Origin: an uncultured Gammaproteobacteria bacterium
GTDB taxonomy: Bacteria; Pseudomonadota; Gammaproteobacteria; UBA9214
DNA length: 64,000 nt
Direction of reading: 5' to 3'
NCBI GenBank assembly: GCA_963827755.1
Contig: CAWHCQ010000013.1
Span: forward strand, 32,001-96,000
Positions 63,579 through 64,000 of the stretch are shown here, piece by piece; within the stretch, counting starts at the first letter, position 1; each line of letters opens with the position of its first letter. The notes below the pieces were generated by a model. The model was given only the letters and a program-made list of their open reading frames with translations. It did no database searches and was not told the origin of the DNA. The translations under genes were made by a program, and so were the position numbers.

Positions 63579-63810
63579 GTGAGAAGTGAGAAGTGAGAGA
63601 GTGAGAAGTGAGAAGTGAGAAGTGAGAAGTGAGAGAGTGAGAAGTGAGAGAGTGAGAAGTGAGAGGTGAGAAGTGAGAGGTGAGAAGTGAGAGTGCATAA
63701 CTACTTTGCAGCCTGGGCAGGCAAACAGACCCTCTTTTTTCACTCTTCACTCTCTCACTCTTCACTCTTCACTCTTCACTTCTCACTCTCTCACTTCTCA
63801 CTTCTGACTT
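63579..63810. repeat. inverted heptamer arrays (GTGAGAA)n ... (TTCTCAC/TTCACTC)n
   Basis: Array at 63579-63693 and complementary array at 63739-63810. Confidence 0.9.
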
Positions 63811-63824
63811 CTTGAGTTAAAAAA

Positions 63825-64000
63825 ATGGATCCAGCATTCAAACTGACACATTGTAGCTGGCAGGATAACAGCGAGGCGCTTACCGCCGTCCGGCGGACCG
63901 TCTTCGTAGACGAGCAACATGTCCCGAAAGCACTTGAGCTGGACGGGTCAGACAGGTTCTTTCACCACGTGCTGGTTACCGGTAAAGATAATCTACCCGT
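63825..64000 (+). CDS. GNAT N-acetyltransferase (YjcF/ElaA-like, partial)
   Basis: MDPAFK...VRRTVFVDEQHVPKALELDG..HHVL; runs off the window. Confidence 0.8.
   Translation, partial: MDPAFKLTHCSWQDNSEALTAVRRTVFVDEQHVPKALELDGSDRFFHHVLVTGKDNLP

Noticed and set aside
63313-63765. SHFSLLT-repeat ORFs
   Set aside because: Translations of the heptamer microsatellite, overlapping roxA antisense.

Overview
GC-rich core chromosome of a gammaproteobacterium, probably a sulfur-oxidising Chromatiales/Thiogranum-like organism (inferred from a CbbO/NorD-type C-terminus, an ETHE1-type persulfide dioxygenase and gene order). It is mostly housekeeping: split class II RNR nrdJa/nrdJb with NrdR boxes, exeA/exeB, hspQ, HU, rpe-gph-trpEGDC-crp-osmC-coq7, rplM-rpsI-tRNA-Gln, rpiA/ilvA, ygfA-6S RNA-zapA-ygfB-pepP-ubiH-ubiI, a tandem glycine riboswitch with gcvT-H-PA-(tpx)-PB, and lgt-thyA-folA-roxA. 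An accessory block after tRNA-Gln (27.5-35 kb: TPR-LicD, TPR-sulfotransferase, two CxxC-bearing porins, WD40 lipoprotein) is full of frameshifts, probably sequencing errors in a variable region. No transposase, integrase, reverse transcriptase or CRISPR-Cas was seen. The non-coding DNA is rich in repeats: two related 600-760 bp giant palindromes, several GTAG-REP families, a CTAG-flanked MITE, a tRNA-linked repeat and inverted heptamer arrays. Other notable items are a C-rich three-hairpin sRNA candidate, an oxyR 5' relic that supplies an RBS, an internally deleted SlyD, a 1473-aa cNMP-rhodanese-coiled-coil-TM-FGE protein, and tpx inside the glycine cleavage operon. All calls come from manual reading; no database searches were run.
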